DNA of 64,000 nt from Escherichia phage vB_EcoP_YF01, in sequence record OQ025076.1. One strand, written 5' to 3'. A model generated the notes under the pieces. That model worked only from the letters and a program-made list of their open reading frames with translations. It did not search any database and was not told the DNA's origin. How positions within the stretch are numbered: position 1 is the stretch's first letter; the number at the start of each line of letters is the position of its first letter. A program made the position numbers and the translations under genes. Below are positions 9,966-20,365 of the stretch, one piece after another.

Positions 9966-9987
9966 AAGACCTATACAAGCTAGTGTG

Positions 9988-9996
9988 TAATGTATA
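9988..9996 (+). promoter_or_regulatory. TAATGTATA promoter-like element, 34 nt upstream of the 10030 start codon
   Basis: Exact 9-mer; same motif recurs with similar spacing upstream of other genes. Confidence 0.45.
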
Positions 9997-10029
9997 TTCT
10001 TTGTCTACATATAACAAGGAGGACAACCT

Positions 10030-10782
10030 ATGGCAATGCCAGATGTTCAATACCCCATCAATACCTATGGGTGGCTAAAGAAGGCCGTGGCCCTCTGGGC
10101 AGATAGGGACGATGATGAATTTGTTAATCAAATTCCAAACTTTATTAACTTTGCAGAGAAAGAGATTTATCGTAACTTACGTATCCCTCCTCTGGAAAAA
10201 GAGGTGTATTTAGATATTAAAGATGGAGTAGCTTATATTCCTCCTGATTACTTAGAAGCTCAATGGATGATGAGAGCCAAAGATGGTACAATCTTCCAAG
10301 TAACATCTCCCGAAGAGATTAGCTATCGTAGACAGCATGGAACAATTAACCCATCTCATTGGAATAACCAACCTGTTAACTTTGCTCGTTTCGGTAGTCG
10401 TTTTATTTTCTACCCTAGTATTGAAGCAGATACTCCTGCTTATCCTGACGATGGAAGTCCTTTGATTCCAGCAGAAAACTCAGTAATTCTTAGTTATTAT
10501 GCAGACCCACCTGAATTCCATGAAGATACAGATACCAGTGCTATCCTTACTATTGCACCAGAGCTTCTTCTGTATTTCACTCTACGTCACGCTTGCTTGT
10601 TTGTTCAAGATGATAACGGAGTTCAGAAATGGTCAGCATTAGGAAAAGCTATCCTTGATGAAATGGTAGAGCAGAACAAGAAACAAGAATACTCAGGTTC
10701 ACCTATCGCAATTCCGAATAACATGACCCGACTTCAGAGCAGCTTGCCTGATATTTATGGTATTCGTACTTCTCGTGTATAA
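10030..10782 (+). CDS. Virion structural protein (unassigned)
   Basis: 250 aa with strong RBS AAGGAGGA; inside the structural module. Confidence 0.45.
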   Translation: MAMPDVQYPINTYGWLKKAVALWADRDDDEFVNQIPNFINFAEKEIYRNLRIPPLEKEVYLDIKDGVAYIPPDYLEAQWMMRAKDGTIFQVTSPEEISYRRQHGTINPSHWNNQPVNFARFGSRFIFYPSIEADTPAYPDDGSPLIPAENSVILSYYADPPEFHEDTDTSAILTIAPELLLYFTLRHACLFVQDDNGVQKWSALGKAILDEMVEQNKKQEYSGSPIAIPNNMTRLQSSLPDIYGIRTSRV

Positions 10783-10791
10783 GGAGATAAT

Positions 10792-13434
10792 ATGATCGTT
10801 TATAATAACCAAGCACCTGATGCAGTGAATAACGTTGGGCAGTTTGGTGCTACTGAAGGCTCTATCGGAGCTTACAAACAAGCAGCAGAATATGCAGCTG
10901 ACTCCAAATATTGGGCACTGCTAGCGGAGTCTAAGTTTGGTACAATTGATGACTTGATCGCTGAAGTAGAACGTCTGTATCAACAAGGTGTTCTGATGAA
11001 GCAGGATATTGAAGATCTTAAGCAGGATTTTATAGATCAAGATGCTCGTCTGATGAGCTTGATTGCTCAAACTAACGCAGCAGTCTCTGATGCTAACAAT
11101 GCCGTTGCTCTCATTAATCAGAAGCTCATTGAAGTCCAGAAACAGCTTGATGTTCTATTGGGAATGTCCGTTGACGTAACTACACTTCCTCCGGGAACTC
11201 CGGCTACTGGTTCTTTTAATCCGACCACTGGTGTAATCTCTTTAGGTATTCCAGAAGGTGAACCCGGAAAAGATGGTTCTGTTAAAGACTTGGATACAGC
11301 ACCTACAGGTGTTCCAGAGCTAGGTGACTTGGGTTTCTATGTTGACAAAGATGACAATACCGTCCATAAAACTACTCTAGAGAATATTGCTAACTTAATC
11401 CCATCTGTTCGTTCTGTTTCTGTTAATGGTGGACCAGCTCTTGATGGAGAGGTTGCTCTAACAATCAACAAAGAGACAGTAGGTTTAGGAAATGTTCTGA
11501 ACGTTGCTCAGTACAGTCGTCAAGAGATTAATGACAAATTTGACAAGACTACCAAGACATACCAATCAAAAGCAGAAGCTGATGCTGATGCTCAGTATCG
11601 TCAAGTAGGTGAGAAAGTTTTAGTTTGGGAAGCTACTAAGTATGAATTCTATACTGTTGCTGCTAACAAAACACTAACTCCTGTTAAAACTGAAGGTAGA
11701 ATCCTTACCGTTAACTCTCGTTCTCCAGACTCAAGTGGTAACATTGATATCACTATTCCAACAGGGAACCCGTCTCTGTATCTTGGTGAGATGGTGATGT
11801 TCCCTTATGACCCAACGAAGAATATCTCCTATCCGGGAGTTCTTCCAGCTGATGGTCGTCTAGTGTCTAAAGAATCTGCTTCAGACTTAGGTCCATCTCT
11901 TGTCAGTGGACAACTTCCTGTTGTTTCTGAAACTGAATGGCAAGCAGGGGCTAAACAATACTTCTCTTGGGGTAAATTGGCAGATGGTATTACCGATGCA
12001 GATTCTACTAATTTTATCAACATTCGACTTCCTGATTGGACTGGAGGGGAGGCAATAAGAGCACCAGATTCTGATAAAGACTCTCAGTACAATGGGTCTG
12101 TACAGGCTCAGAAACCTTATGTTGTTACTGTAAATAACCAAGCTCCTGATGAGATTACTGGTAATGTGAACATCTCCAGATCAATTTTAGGTGCTGCCGC
12201 TTCTGGTACAAACTCTGATATAACATCACTCACGGGACTCACTACAGCACTGTCTGTCACACAAGGAGGCACTGGAGCTAAAGATGCTGCTAGTGCTCGT
12301 TCTAATCTAGGTCTAAGCTCAATAGCTACACTCAACACAATTCCTATAGCTAATGGTGGTACAGGAGCAACTACTATTGATGCTGCTCGTTCCAATTTAT
12401 CTATAGATAGAGTTGATCAAGCCTCTGGGGAGAGTAGATTACTGTCCCCTAACAAAGAAACCTACCTCTTTGTGGATAATAATGGGTGGGGATGTTACAG
12501 TATCTCGCCTGGAAGAGTTGGCGATTTGGCTCTAGGTGTTGAAAGAGGGGGAACTGGAGCTAAAGATGCTGCTAGTGCTCGTTCTAATCTAGGGTTGGGA
12601 AGTGTTTCTACTCTAGATAACGTCCCTATTGCTAGCGGTGGGACAGGTGCTGGGGATGCTGCTGGTGCAAGGTTTAACCTAGGGTTGGGGAGTTCAGCTA
12701 CTCTAAACACTGGAACTACCAGCGGTAATGTTCTTAAGGTTGGTGATTTTGGAATTGGAAGACCTGATGGTGCTCTTGTTTTTGATACTACTTCACAAGA
12801 CCAACTTCTTGCTGGACTTGACACTTATGGGCTGTGTGTGTTTAGGAATAACCAACAAATAGCAGCACCTTGGGATATATGGAACTACTCCTCAAACCTC
12901 TTCTTTAGGGCAGGAGACACATACAGTATGATAAGTATTCCGTTTGAGTCTGCCGGTAAGATAAAAGTTTTTGGTGGTGCAGAAGGCAGTGGGTGGAAGA
13001 CCTCAAGGACGATATACGATACTGTAAATACAACTGTTGACGTCAACGGTTTTATTAAAGCAGCGTCACCAATAGTTAAGGTATTCCATGACGGAAGTTT
13101 TGAAACAAATGAACAATCCGATGGAGTTAGTGTTAAGAAAGTCTCCACCGGGGTTTATTTAATTTTAGGGTGCCTTGGTCTTAATTCTGATGCAGGATGG
13201 GGTGGGGTAGATGGAGGTTTTGAAATCCCAATAGATCGTAACAAACAGCCTAGAGTTTGGTTGGATTATGAGGTTAAAGAGGATGGTTCTCTTTTAATTA
13301 AAACTTATCATAGAACCCATTCAACATCCCCAGCTTTTGCTAGAAACGAGTTGGAAGGTTTTTCTGACGGAGACCCTGTTGACATTCCTAAGGATGCGTT
13401 CATTTCGGTTCGTGTTGAAATGCCTTCTAAGTAA
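10792..13434 (+). CDS. Tail fibre protein with internal tail-fibre repeats
   Basis: 880 aa; repeated GGTGAKDAASARSNLGL motifs typical of phage tail-fibre repeats; Gly/Ser/Thr-rich. Confidence 0.65.
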   Translation: MIVYNNQAPDAVNNVGQFGATEGSIGAYKQAAEYAADSKYWALLAESKFGTIDDLIAEVERLYQQGVLMKQDIEDLKQDFIDQDARLMSLIAQTNAAVSDANNAVALINQKLIEVQKQLDVLLGMSVDVTTLPPGTPATGSFNPTTGVISLGIPEGEPGKDGSVKDLDTAPTGVPELGDLGFYVDKDDNTVHKTTLENIANLIPSVRSVSVNGGPALDGEVALTINKETVGLGNVLNVAQYSRQEINDKFDKTTKTYQSKAEADADAQYRQVGEKVLVWEATKYEFYTVAANKTLTPVKTEGRILTVNSRSPDSSGNIDITIPTGNPSLYLGEMVMFPYDPTKNISYPGVLPADGRLVSKESASDLGPSLVSGQLPVVSETEWQAGAKQYFSWGKLADGITDADSTNFINIRLPDWTGGEAIRAPDSDKDSQYNGSVQAQKPYVVTVNNQAPDEITGNVNISRSILGAAASGTNSDITSLTGLTTALSVTQGGTGAKDAASARSNLGLSSIATLNTIPIANGGTGATTIDAARSNLSIDRVDQASGESRLLSPNKETYLFVDNNGWGCYSISPGRVGDLALGVERGGTGAKDAASARSNLGLGSVSTLDNVPIASGGTGAGDAAGARFNLGLGSSATLNTGTTSGNVLKVGDFGIGRPDGALVFDTTSQDQLLAGLDTYGLCVFRNNQQIAAPWDIWNYSSNLFFRAGDTYSMISIPFESAGKIKVFGGAEGSGWKTSRTIYDTVNTTVDVNGFIKAASPIVKVFHDGSFETNEQSDGVSVKKVSTGVYLILGCLGLNSDAGWGGVDGGFEIPIDRNKQPRVWLDYEVKEDGSLLIKTYHRTHSTSPAFARNELEGFSDGDPVDIPKDAFISVRVEMPSK
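12271..12593 (+). repeat. Two identical 41-bp direct repeats (12271-12311 and 12553-12593) inside the tail fibre gene
   Basis: ACTGGAGCTAAAGATGCTGCTAGTGCTCGTTCTAATCTAGG occurs twice; encodes the repeated peptide TGAKDAASARSNLGL. Confidence 0.7.
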
Positions 13435-13443
13435 ATTAACAAT

Positions 13444-13466
13444 GCTCCCTTCGGGGAGCTTTAAGG
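13444..13466 (+). terminator. Hairpin GCTCCC-TTCG-GGGAGC with a weak T-tract
   Basis: Perfect 6-bp stem and UUCG loop; the downstream U-tract is poor. Confidence 0.35.
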
Positions 13467-13474
13467 AGATTTAA

Positions 13475-15646
13475 ATGGCTAGAGAATTAATGCCCAAATC
13501 TGGTATAATGATGCCTCATGTGGTTGTAACCAGAGATGCGGCTGTTGTTGGTGTTTCTACCGTAGATGGACAGGCAGGGGCTATTGACCTCACTGGAAAG
13601 TATCTACAGAAAACTGACGCAGCTGCTACATACCAGACTAAAGTAGAGGGTGCATCTAAAGATTTTGTGCTGGATTCAATTCAACCTATTATGTCTGGTG
13701 CTTTGTTCCGAGAAGATCCTTGGGTTGTGAACGATACCCCCTTCCGCTCTACTGGTGCTAATGGTGTAGAGTCTGTGGATATGATGAAAGTCACCACTGA
13801 TAACTCAATTAAGATTGGTAGTTATGCTTCCTCAGTTCAAGGTGTAGAAATTCATTCTGCTGGTCGTCTTCAGGTTGTTGACCAGAATGACTCTGGGGTA
13901 GAAACTAAGTATCCAGTCTATTCTAAACGTTATCGTCCTGAGATTGAGGATTTGCCTTTTGCTGCAATTGGTTCTTATGTCAAAGATTCCAAAGGTCGAA
14001 CTATTGGTGTTACTCGTACAGGGATTAACTCTGATATCAAACAACTTACCCAGAAGGTAACTTTCACTCAACCAGTTACTGTTCCTGATGCAGTTGGAGA
14101 TTATGATGCAGTTACTTTGAGACAGCTTCGTAACAGTGGTGGGGGTTCTGGTGGCCCTACCATGAGTGGTATTTCTAACTTTGGGATTGGGGATTTTCAT
14201 TTACGTGATAGTCGTGCTTTCATCCCAGCTTTTGAGGTTGTGTCTGATGGTCAGCTTTTAAACCGCGCTGACTACCCAGATTTATGGGCTTATGCACAAC
14301 TGCTATCCCCAATTGAAGACTCTCTTTGGTTGTCTAATATCTATCAGAGGGGTAGGTATTCTACCGGAAACGGTACAACAACTTTCCGTGTTCCTGACCG
14401 AAATGGCATCCAAGAGGGGTCACTGAGAGCTTTATATGGCCGTGGTGATGGTGGTAATTCTGCTGCAAATGGTCAAGTGTTTGATTCTGCTGCACCGAAT
14501 ATCACATATGCGTCCCCTCACACAATGGTAACACTAGCCTCCGCTCCGGGGCAGGTGGCAACTAACGGGGCAATTCAATCAATCACCTCTACAGACGATG
14601 TGGCTCCAGTGGGGGCTGGAGGTAAATACATATCCACAAACTTTGACGCATCACGTTCCAGTCCTATTTATGGTCGCTCCACTGAGGAGATTCTGACCCG
14701 TAACTTTGTAGGTGTTTGGACTATCCGTGCTCATGGTGGTTTTGTAGCAGCTAATACTTCTTGGTCTGTTATCAACAGTGGCAGCGCAGCTCCGGCTTTA
14801 AACACTTCTGTAGTTGGTGGTAAGGTGGAATCTAAATACACTAACCCAACCTCTTCCCAATATGCTCGTATGTATATTTCCTCTTCTTGGGGAAGTGTTT
14901 GCTCTGCCGTGATTGAAGCACAAGGTGCAAGTACTCACGCTTATAAGTTTTATGAGGATGGCACTGTTGATTTTAGGCAGTCTGGTAAGACAAACCCATT
15001 CCGCATGTACACACCAACTGGAATTTGGACTGGACTGACGGATGCGGGGCCAAACAATTTAACCACCAATGGAATGGATAGGGTGGCGATTTCTAGTGGC
15101 TCTGACACAGTGGTGCGTGGGTACTCTATTGGAGGGTCTAAACCTAATGGTTATCCAACCAAGGTTGGGTATCATATGTATTTGCCGGGAAATGACGCCT
15201 TCGGTATCGCCTGTACAATTATTGGAGGAGACAACGGAAGGTTCTGTCGATATTTTTACGACATAGACGGGCAGATGTATGGCTCAACTAATTATGGAAA
15301 CTTTAGCTATACAAAGAGTGGTGTCTCGGATGAAAACCTGAAACATAACATTGTTGATATTGATGCAGAAAGAGCTATTGAAGTAATAAAAGGACTGAAG
15401 TTCAAATCCTTTGTTTACAACGATGATGAGAAGAATCGATCTCGTCGTGGTATCATTGCACAGCAGGCAGAGATGGTAGAACCTCTGTATGTTAAGACTC
15501 GCAAATACCCAGGAATGGAGAAAGGTTCTCCAGAAATTGAGCAGAAAGAGCTAGACACTACTCCAATGCTCCTTGACACTATGCAAGTAGTTCAAGATCT
15601 TCTGAAGCGTATTGAAGTTCTGGAATCGAAGTTAGCAGAGAAGTAA
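13475..15646 (+). CDS. Tail fibre / tailspike with C-terminal intramolecular-chaperone (peptidase S74-like) domain
   Basis: 723 aa; C-terminus carries the NLKHNIVDIDAERAIEVIKGLKFKSFVYN...RRGIIAQQ block characteristic of self-cleaving chaperone domains of phage fibres. Confidence 0.7.
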   Translation: MARELMPKSGIMMPHVVVTRDAAVVGVSTVDGQAGAIDLTGKYLQKTDAAATYQTKVEGASKDFVLDSIQPIMSGALFREDPWVVNDTPFRSTGANGVESVDMMKVTTDNSIKIGSYASSVQGVEIHSAGRLQVVDQNDSGVETKYPVYSKRYRPEIEDLPFAAIGSYVKDSKGRTIGVTRTGINSDIKQLTQKVTFTQPVTVPDAVGDYDAVTLRQLRNSGGGSGGPTMSGISNFGIGDFHLRDSRAFIPAFEVVSDGQLLNRADYPDLWAYAQLLSPIEDSLWLSNIYQRGRYSTGNGTTTFRVPDRNGIQEGSLRALYGRGDGGNSAANGQVFDSAAPNITYASPHTMVTLASAPGQVATNGAIQSITSTDDVAPVGAGGKYISTNFDASRSSPIYGRSTEEILTRNFVGVWTIRAHGGFVAANTSWSVINSGSAAPALNTSVVGGKVESKYTNPTSSQYARMYISSSWGSVCSAVIEAQGASTHAYKFYEDGTVDFRQSGKTNPFRMYTPTGIWTGLTDAGPNNLTTNGMDRVAISSGSDTVVRGYSIGGSKPNGYPTKVGYHMYLPGNDAFGIACTIIGGDNGRFCRYFYDIDGQMYGSTNYGNFSYTKSGVSDENLKHNIVDIDAERAIEVIKGLKFKSFVYNDDEKNRSRRGIIAQQAEMVEPLYVKTRKYPGMEKGSPEIEQKELDTTPMLLDTMQVVQDLLKRIEVLESKLAEK

Positions 15647-15650
15647 GATA

Positions 15651-15670
15651 AGCCCCTTCGGGGGGCTTTA
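15651..15670 (+). terminator. Hairpin AGCCCC-TTCG-GGGGGCT then TTTAGTAG
   Basis: Seen in sequence directly after the fibre gene stop. Confidence 0.45.
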
Positions 15671-15739
15671 GTAGTAAGTACCCTTAGTAAGTAATGAAAC
15701 TAATATATCCCAAGAGGTTAATATATAGGAGACACTCAA

Positions 15740-15958
15740 ATGAAAATGATGAAACAAGCTGCATATGGTTTAATATGTTTAGGCGCAGGTGTTGTGGTAT
15801 CCACCGCAGTTCCTGTAGGCGCAGTTCATCCATTAGTAACTGTCCCTGCTCCAGTAGAGAAGCTCAGCTCTCAATGTAAGCAGAGAACAATTCAAAATAA
15901 CTTAGTTGTTATTTGCCCTGATGCTGAATCTAACGCTCTGAGAAAGATACTACCTTAA
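15740..15958 (+). CDS. Small membrane or secreted protein, possible holin-like lysis partner
   Basis: 72 aa with N-terminal hydrophobic segment AAYGLICLGAGVVVSTAV; immediately upstream of the lysozyme gene. Confidence 0.4.
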   Translation: MKMMKQAAYGLICLGAGVVVSTAVPVGAVHPLVTVPAPVEKLSSQCKQRTIQNNLVVICPDAESNALRKILP

Positions 15959-15987
15959 TTTAAAGGGACTACAAAAGGAGGTTAGAA

Positions 15988-16479
15988 ATGGATAACGTCG
16001 CATTGCCACCTGTACAACTAAACTTAAGCCCAGCTGGAATGGAATTCATCATGAAGCATGAGGGTATGAGAACAAAGGCTTATAAAGATTCCGCGGGTAT
16101 CTGGACGATATGTGTAGGGGCTACGCGCGATATGAATGGTTATCCGGTTAGACAAGGATTAACGTATTCTATAGAGGATTGTCTAGCTCTGCTAGATAGA
16201 GACACACAAGACTCTGTTCGTGCTACTCAGAAGAACATAAAGGTTCCTTTACTAGTTCATGAGTTTGATGCACTCACTTCTTTCAACTTCAATGTTGGCA
16301 GTGGGGCTTTGAGCACATCTAAGTTAAGGAAGGTAATCAATGGAGATGTTAAGGGGGATGTTTATTCCGAATTTCTTCGTTGGGATAAAATAACGGTCAA
16401 GGGAGAGAAGCAGAGAAGTCAGGGTCTTCATAATAGAAGAGTTGCAGAAGCTAATCTTTACACCGAAGGTAAATATTAA
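15988..16479 (+). CDS. Phage lysozyme (GH24-type endolysin)
   Basis: 163 aa; EGMRTKAYKDSAGIWTICVGAT catalytic-region motif of T4/lambda-type lysozymes; strong RBS AAGGAGG. Confidence 0.8.
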   Translation: MDNVALPPVQLNLSPAGMEFIMKHEGMRTKAYKDSAGIWTICVGATRDMNGYPVRQGLTYSIEDCLALLDRDTQDSVRATQKNIKVPLLVHEFDALTSFNFNVGSGALSTSKLRKVINGDVKGDVYSEFLRWDKITVKGEKQRSQGLHNRRVAEANLYTEGKY

Positions 16480-16491
16480 TGGAGGTGCCTT

Positions 16492-17295
16492 TTGGCTATC
16501 GAAACTAATGCGGTAGTTATTACCGACTTAAACCCGCTCTATCCTAGAGACAGGGATTACATCTACGAAGGGGCGGCTCAAATCCGCCTCATTAAACAAA
16601 CGTTACAGAACACATTCCCCAATGTTACAGAACCAGTTGATATAGATTCTGACACCTTTAAGATTATGTCAGAGAAGCTCAAGTTTACTGGTGATTCAAT
16701 GGATGTTGGTGGTCTTATGATCAAGAACGTTACTCCGGGAACTGGTGACAAGGATGTTGTTACTAAAGGCCAGATGGAAGCGTTCATGAAGAACTGGATG
16801 GAAAACAAGGTATTCCGTATTGGTGCTTACTATATCACTGAAGAGGATGTTAACCCCGGTGATTCTATCTCCTTAGGGTTTGGCTCTTGGGCTAAAGTGA
16901 CTGGTGTTATCATGGGTACTGGTGTAGTAAACCCTGATGGTTCTGTCCCTAATGCTCAGAGGGTTGAGTTCCAAGCAGGTGGTACTGGTGGTCGTGTCTT
17001 CAATACCATTCGAACTGAGAACGTACCTTTGATGACAGTTAATGGCTCCAGCTTCTCTCTATCCAGTAACACTCACAGTCACAATATGGTGTTTGGTCGT
17101 GGAGATGCTAGTGGTCATAACAGCTCACCAAACTGGTATAGCCCGGGTGGTGGTTACAGCCAGAGAACTGATAATGACACACATACTCATACAATCTCTG
17201 GTAGTGTAAGTCTTGGTCGTGATGATATCTCTCGTCAACCTATTAACACTTTGCCACCATTCAGAGCAGCTCACATTTGGAGACGTATTAGCTAA
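16492..17295 (+). CDS. Tail or fibre-associated structural protein
   Basis: 267 aa; TTG start 4 nt after a GGAGGTG RBS; Gly/Ser/Thr-rich C-terminus. Confidence 0.45.
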   Translation: MAIETNAVVITDLNPLYPRDRDYIYEGAAQIRLIKQTLQNTFPNVTEPVDIDSDTFKIMSEKLKFTGDSMDVGGLMIKNVTPGTGDKDVVTKGQMEAFMKNWMENKVFRIGAYYITEEDVNPGDSISLGFGSWAKVTGVIMGTGVVNPDGSVPNAQRVEFQAGGTGGRVFNTIRTENVPLMTVNGSSFSLSSNTHSHNMVFGRGDASGHNSSPNWYSPGGGYSQRTDNDTHTHTISGSVSLGRDDISRQPINTLPPFRAAHIWRRIS

Positions 17296-17304
17296 GGAGG
17301 AATT

Positions 17305-20300
17305 ATGGCGCTGTATCCAATAAAGTCACTAGGTGCTGTAGGCGTTATCGCTGATCAGGCTCCGACAGACTTAGCTCCTAATGCTTTCACTAATGCTATA
17401 AATGCTCGATTTGTTGAGCAGAGAGTATTTAAGACGGGGGGCAATGCCCCTCTTTCTTATGTAGATGAAGATAAGGATTTAACCCCTCTGTCTTTCGTTT
17501 CTATGCCTTTCGATTATTATAGCGCAGGTAATAGCTTTCTTGTTGTAGGTACGGATAAGAAGTTATATAAACTGACAGATGAAAGCTTGACTGATATTAG
17601 CCGTAAGGTTGCTACAGTCACTAAGAAGGCTTCTGCCTCAATTAAGATTTATCCAGTTGTTTCTCAAATCGTTCCTAAAGAATCAACTATTTCAATGAAC
17701 TTCAATCAGACTAAGAATCTAGAAGTTTCTCTTCTTCCTGCTGATGCTAACAATACCGATCTTGTTTGGGAGGTTAGTAATTCATCTTATGGAAGTATTA
17801 CAGTAGACCCTAGTGATTCTAAACTTGCTACTCTAACATCTTTTGAGAGAGAGGGTAATCTTGTAGTAACCATCTCTACTGCTGATGATTCTGTAGTGGC
17901 TCAGATTGCTGTGAACATTATAGACGGTGATTCGGGAATCTTCTTAAGTCAGGACACTGTTACTATCCGTAAAGGAGGGACTACCACCCTCACGGCTGTT
18001 ACTGGCAAGACTCCTGTAACTTGGTCCAGCAGCAATGCTTCTATTGTATCTGTAACTCCTAACGCCAATTCCCTGACTGCTGTTATTACTGCTAATGGCG
18101 AGGGCAATGTAACAATCACTGCTGACAATGGAACGAAGACTGCTTCTTGTGAGGTTGTTTCCATACCTCAGATTGACAGTATCACCTTAAGCCAGTCAGA
18201 TGTGATAGTTAGTAGAGGTTCTCAGTACATCTTAACCGCTACCATTTCTCCTGCTAACGCCCCTAATCAAAACATTACTTGGACCTCTTCTAATCCAAAT
18301 ATTGCAACAGTATCAGGGACTAGTACACAAGGGACAGTAAATGCTTTACTCGCTGGCTTTACTGAGATTACAGCTACCACTGAAGAAGGTAACAGGGTTG
18401 CTGTCTGTACTGTACGTGTAGATTTAGCTGGAAGGACGATGAGAACAAGTGCTATGGCATTTGCCGACCCTGCATCAGAACCAACGGAGACACAAGAGGA
18501 AGAAGTAGTAACCCCTATTGAAAGTGAAGAAGTGGTTTATTTTGCTGAGCCTAAGTCCAGTATTGATACGTCAGGAATGTACGAAGGTAATAGCTTCTAC
18601 GACTATTCTAACGTAAATGATATTGAAGGTTTTGCAAGAGCTTCTTTACTAGCAACTCCTTTGTCATCCGTAACTTTAGATGTTGTCAGCGCCTCTCTCG
18701 ATGTTGGTGAGGAAATAGTTATCACAGCTACAGCTTCTCCAGAAGGTGATTATTCTTATCAGTGGTCTGTTGATAAGACTGGTTATGTTTCTACAACTTC
18801 AGTTACTGGTAAATCTATCAAACTGGTTGCTCTTCGTAAAGGAGAGATTAACGTAACATGTACTGTTAGTCAGATGACTCAGAAGGATTATGATGCTTTT
18901 GATGATTACCCTTGGTATCACGCTGTTATCTCTAACTGTGCGGTTGCTACAACTCACTATGAAACTCCTCAGGTAAAAGAGTTCGAATCAGAATACTTTG
19001 TAGACCTTCCGGGGTGGGGTGAGCAAACAGTTGTTGATAATGATGGAAACCCTTCAGTTAAGAAGTTTAACTGGAAATGTGAAAGAGTAAGATCTTTTAA
19101 CAACCGTCTTTTTGCTCTGAATATGAGAGAGGCTAATGCTTCTGGTGTTACCACTAACTACCCGCTTCGTCTTCGTTGGTCTAACTTTGCCAATGAGAAC
19201 AAGGCTCCTACACTGTGGGATGACTTTGCCTATGATCGAGTTGTGTCTTCGGACTTAGCTTCTAACATCGTAGGGCAGACTCAGGCTCTAGAGAATGGGT
19301 ATGCTGGTTACATTGACTTAGCTGACTCTAATGGTAGCTTGATTGATATCCTGCCTCTTAAAGATTACTTGTTCGTTTACACAGAGTTTGAAACGTATAT
19401 TGGTTCTCCGACTAATAACACGTACCAACCTCTAATGTTCAAGAAGCTCTTTAACGACTCTGGTATCCTTGCTCCTGAGTGTGTGGTTGAAGTAGAAGGT
19501 AGCCACTTCGTAGTTACTCAGAACGATGTAATCTTACACAACGGTGCAACCAAGAAGTCAATTGCATCTAACCGTGTTAAGAACATGTTGATTAACGAGG
19601 TGTGTCTGGTTAACCCTCTAGCAACTCGAGTACACTTGCATCAGGATAAGAAAGAAGTTTGGGTTCTGTACGTAGGTCCGGGAGAACCAAAAGAAAGCTT
19701 CGCTTGTACTAAAGCTGCTGTATGGAATTATGAGTTTGATACTTGGTCTTTCCGTACTATCCCATATGCTCAGTGTATCGGTCTGGTTGATCCTCCTGTT
19801 TTAGAAAGAGGCCCAATCTGGTCTGACTTCCAAGAAATCACTTGGGATGACCCATCTATTAAAGAACTCGTTTGGAGAAAGGATGCAACAAACTTTAGAC
19901 AGAGGGTTACTATAGTAGGTTCATTCTTGAAGGGATTCTATCAAGTGGATGTAGGTGCTCTTGATTACTTCTATGACAGGCTAAATGATGTTGTTATAGA
20001 GAAGCCTCTGGAAATGAGGTTGGAGAGGACTGGTATAGATTTTGATAATGTGACGAATGAGTGGAATCAGAAGCATATTAACAGGTTCCGACCTCAGACA
20101 ACTGGCTCAGGTACTTACATATTTGAAGCTGGTGGTAGTCAATTCTCGAATGAATATGGACACCCACACACATCTAAGACATATACGATCGGTGTTGACA
20201 GGCATGTCTCTGTGAGACTGAACCATCCATACCTTTTCTATAATGTTATAGATAATGATGTTAACAGTAATGCTGCTATCAATGGTTTAACGATAGAGTT

Positions 20301-20322
20301 TGCTGTTGGCGGGCGGAGATAA
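17305..20322 (+). CDS. Large tail structural protein with Ig-like (Big_2) domains
   Basis: 1005 aa; several Big_2-like segments (e.g. TVTIRKGGTTTLTAVT...VTWSSSN); followed by a terminator. Confidence 0.55.
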   Translation: MALYPIKSLGAVGVIADQAPTDLAPNAFTNAINARFVEQRVFKTGGNAPLSYVDEDKDLTPLSFVSMPFDYYSAGNSFLVVGTDKKLYKLTDESLTDISRKVATVTKKASASIKIYPVVSQIVPKESTISMNFNQTKNLEVSLLPADANNTDLVWEVSNSSYGSITVDPSDSKLATLTSFEREGNLVVTISTADDSVVAQIAVNIIDGDSGIFLSQDTVTIRKGGTTTLTAVTGKTPVTWSSSNASIVSVTPNANSLTAVITANGEGNVTITADNGTKTASCEVVSIPQIDSITLSQSDVIVSRGSQYILTATISPANAPNQNITWTSSNPNIATVSGTSTQGTVNALLAGFTEITATTEEGNRVAVCTVRVDLAGRTMRTSAMAFADPASEPTETQEEEVVTPIESEEVVYFAEPKSSIDTSGMYEGNSFYDYSNVNDIEGFARASLLATPLSSVTLDVVSASLDVGEEIVITATASPEGDYSYQWSVDKTGYVSTTSVTGKSIKLVALRKGEINVTCTVSQMTQKDYDAFDDYPWYHAVISNCAVATTHYETPQVKEFESEYFVDLPGWGEQTVVDNDGNPSVKKFNWKCERVRSFNNRLFALNMREANASGVTTNYPLRLRWSNFANENKAPTLWDDFAYDRVVSSDLASNIVGQTQALENGYAGYIDLADSNGSLIDILPLKDYLFVYTEFETYIGSPTNNTYQPLMFKKLFNDSGILAPECVVEVEGSHFVVTQNDVILHNGATKKSIASNRVKNMLINEVCLVNPLATRVHLHQDKKEVWVLYVGPGEPKESFACTKAAVWNYEFDTWSFRTIPYAQCIGLVDPPVLERGPIWSDFQEITWDDPSIKELVWRKDATNFRQRVTIVGSFLKGFYQVDVGALDYFYDRLNDVVIEKPLEMRLERTGIDFDNVTNEWNQKHINRFRPQTTGSGTYIFEAGGSQFSNEYGHPHTSKTYTIGVDRHVSVRLNHPYLFYNVIDNDVNSNAAINGLTIEFAVGGRR

Positions 20323-20326
20323 CAAC

Positions 20327-20355
20327 AAGGGGCTTCGTGCCCCTTTTATTGTTTT
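20327..20355 (+). terminator. Rho-independent terminator (AAGGGGC-TTCGT-GCCCCTT then TTATTGTTTT)
   Basis: 7-bp perfect stem; lies between the stop at 20322 and the next start at 20366. Confidence 0.55.
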
Positions 20356-20365
20356 GGAGGAACTT

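Noticed and set aside
11829-13148. Several minus-strand ORFs inside the tail-fibre gene
   Set aside because: Antisense to a long, repeat-containing structural gene; Pro/Ala-rich translations reflect the complement of Gly/Ala codons.
20300-20365. ORF-track start at 20300 for the gene ending at 21334
   Set aside because: It would place a strong terminator hairpin (20327-20355) inside the coding region; ATG 20366 with RBS is preferred.
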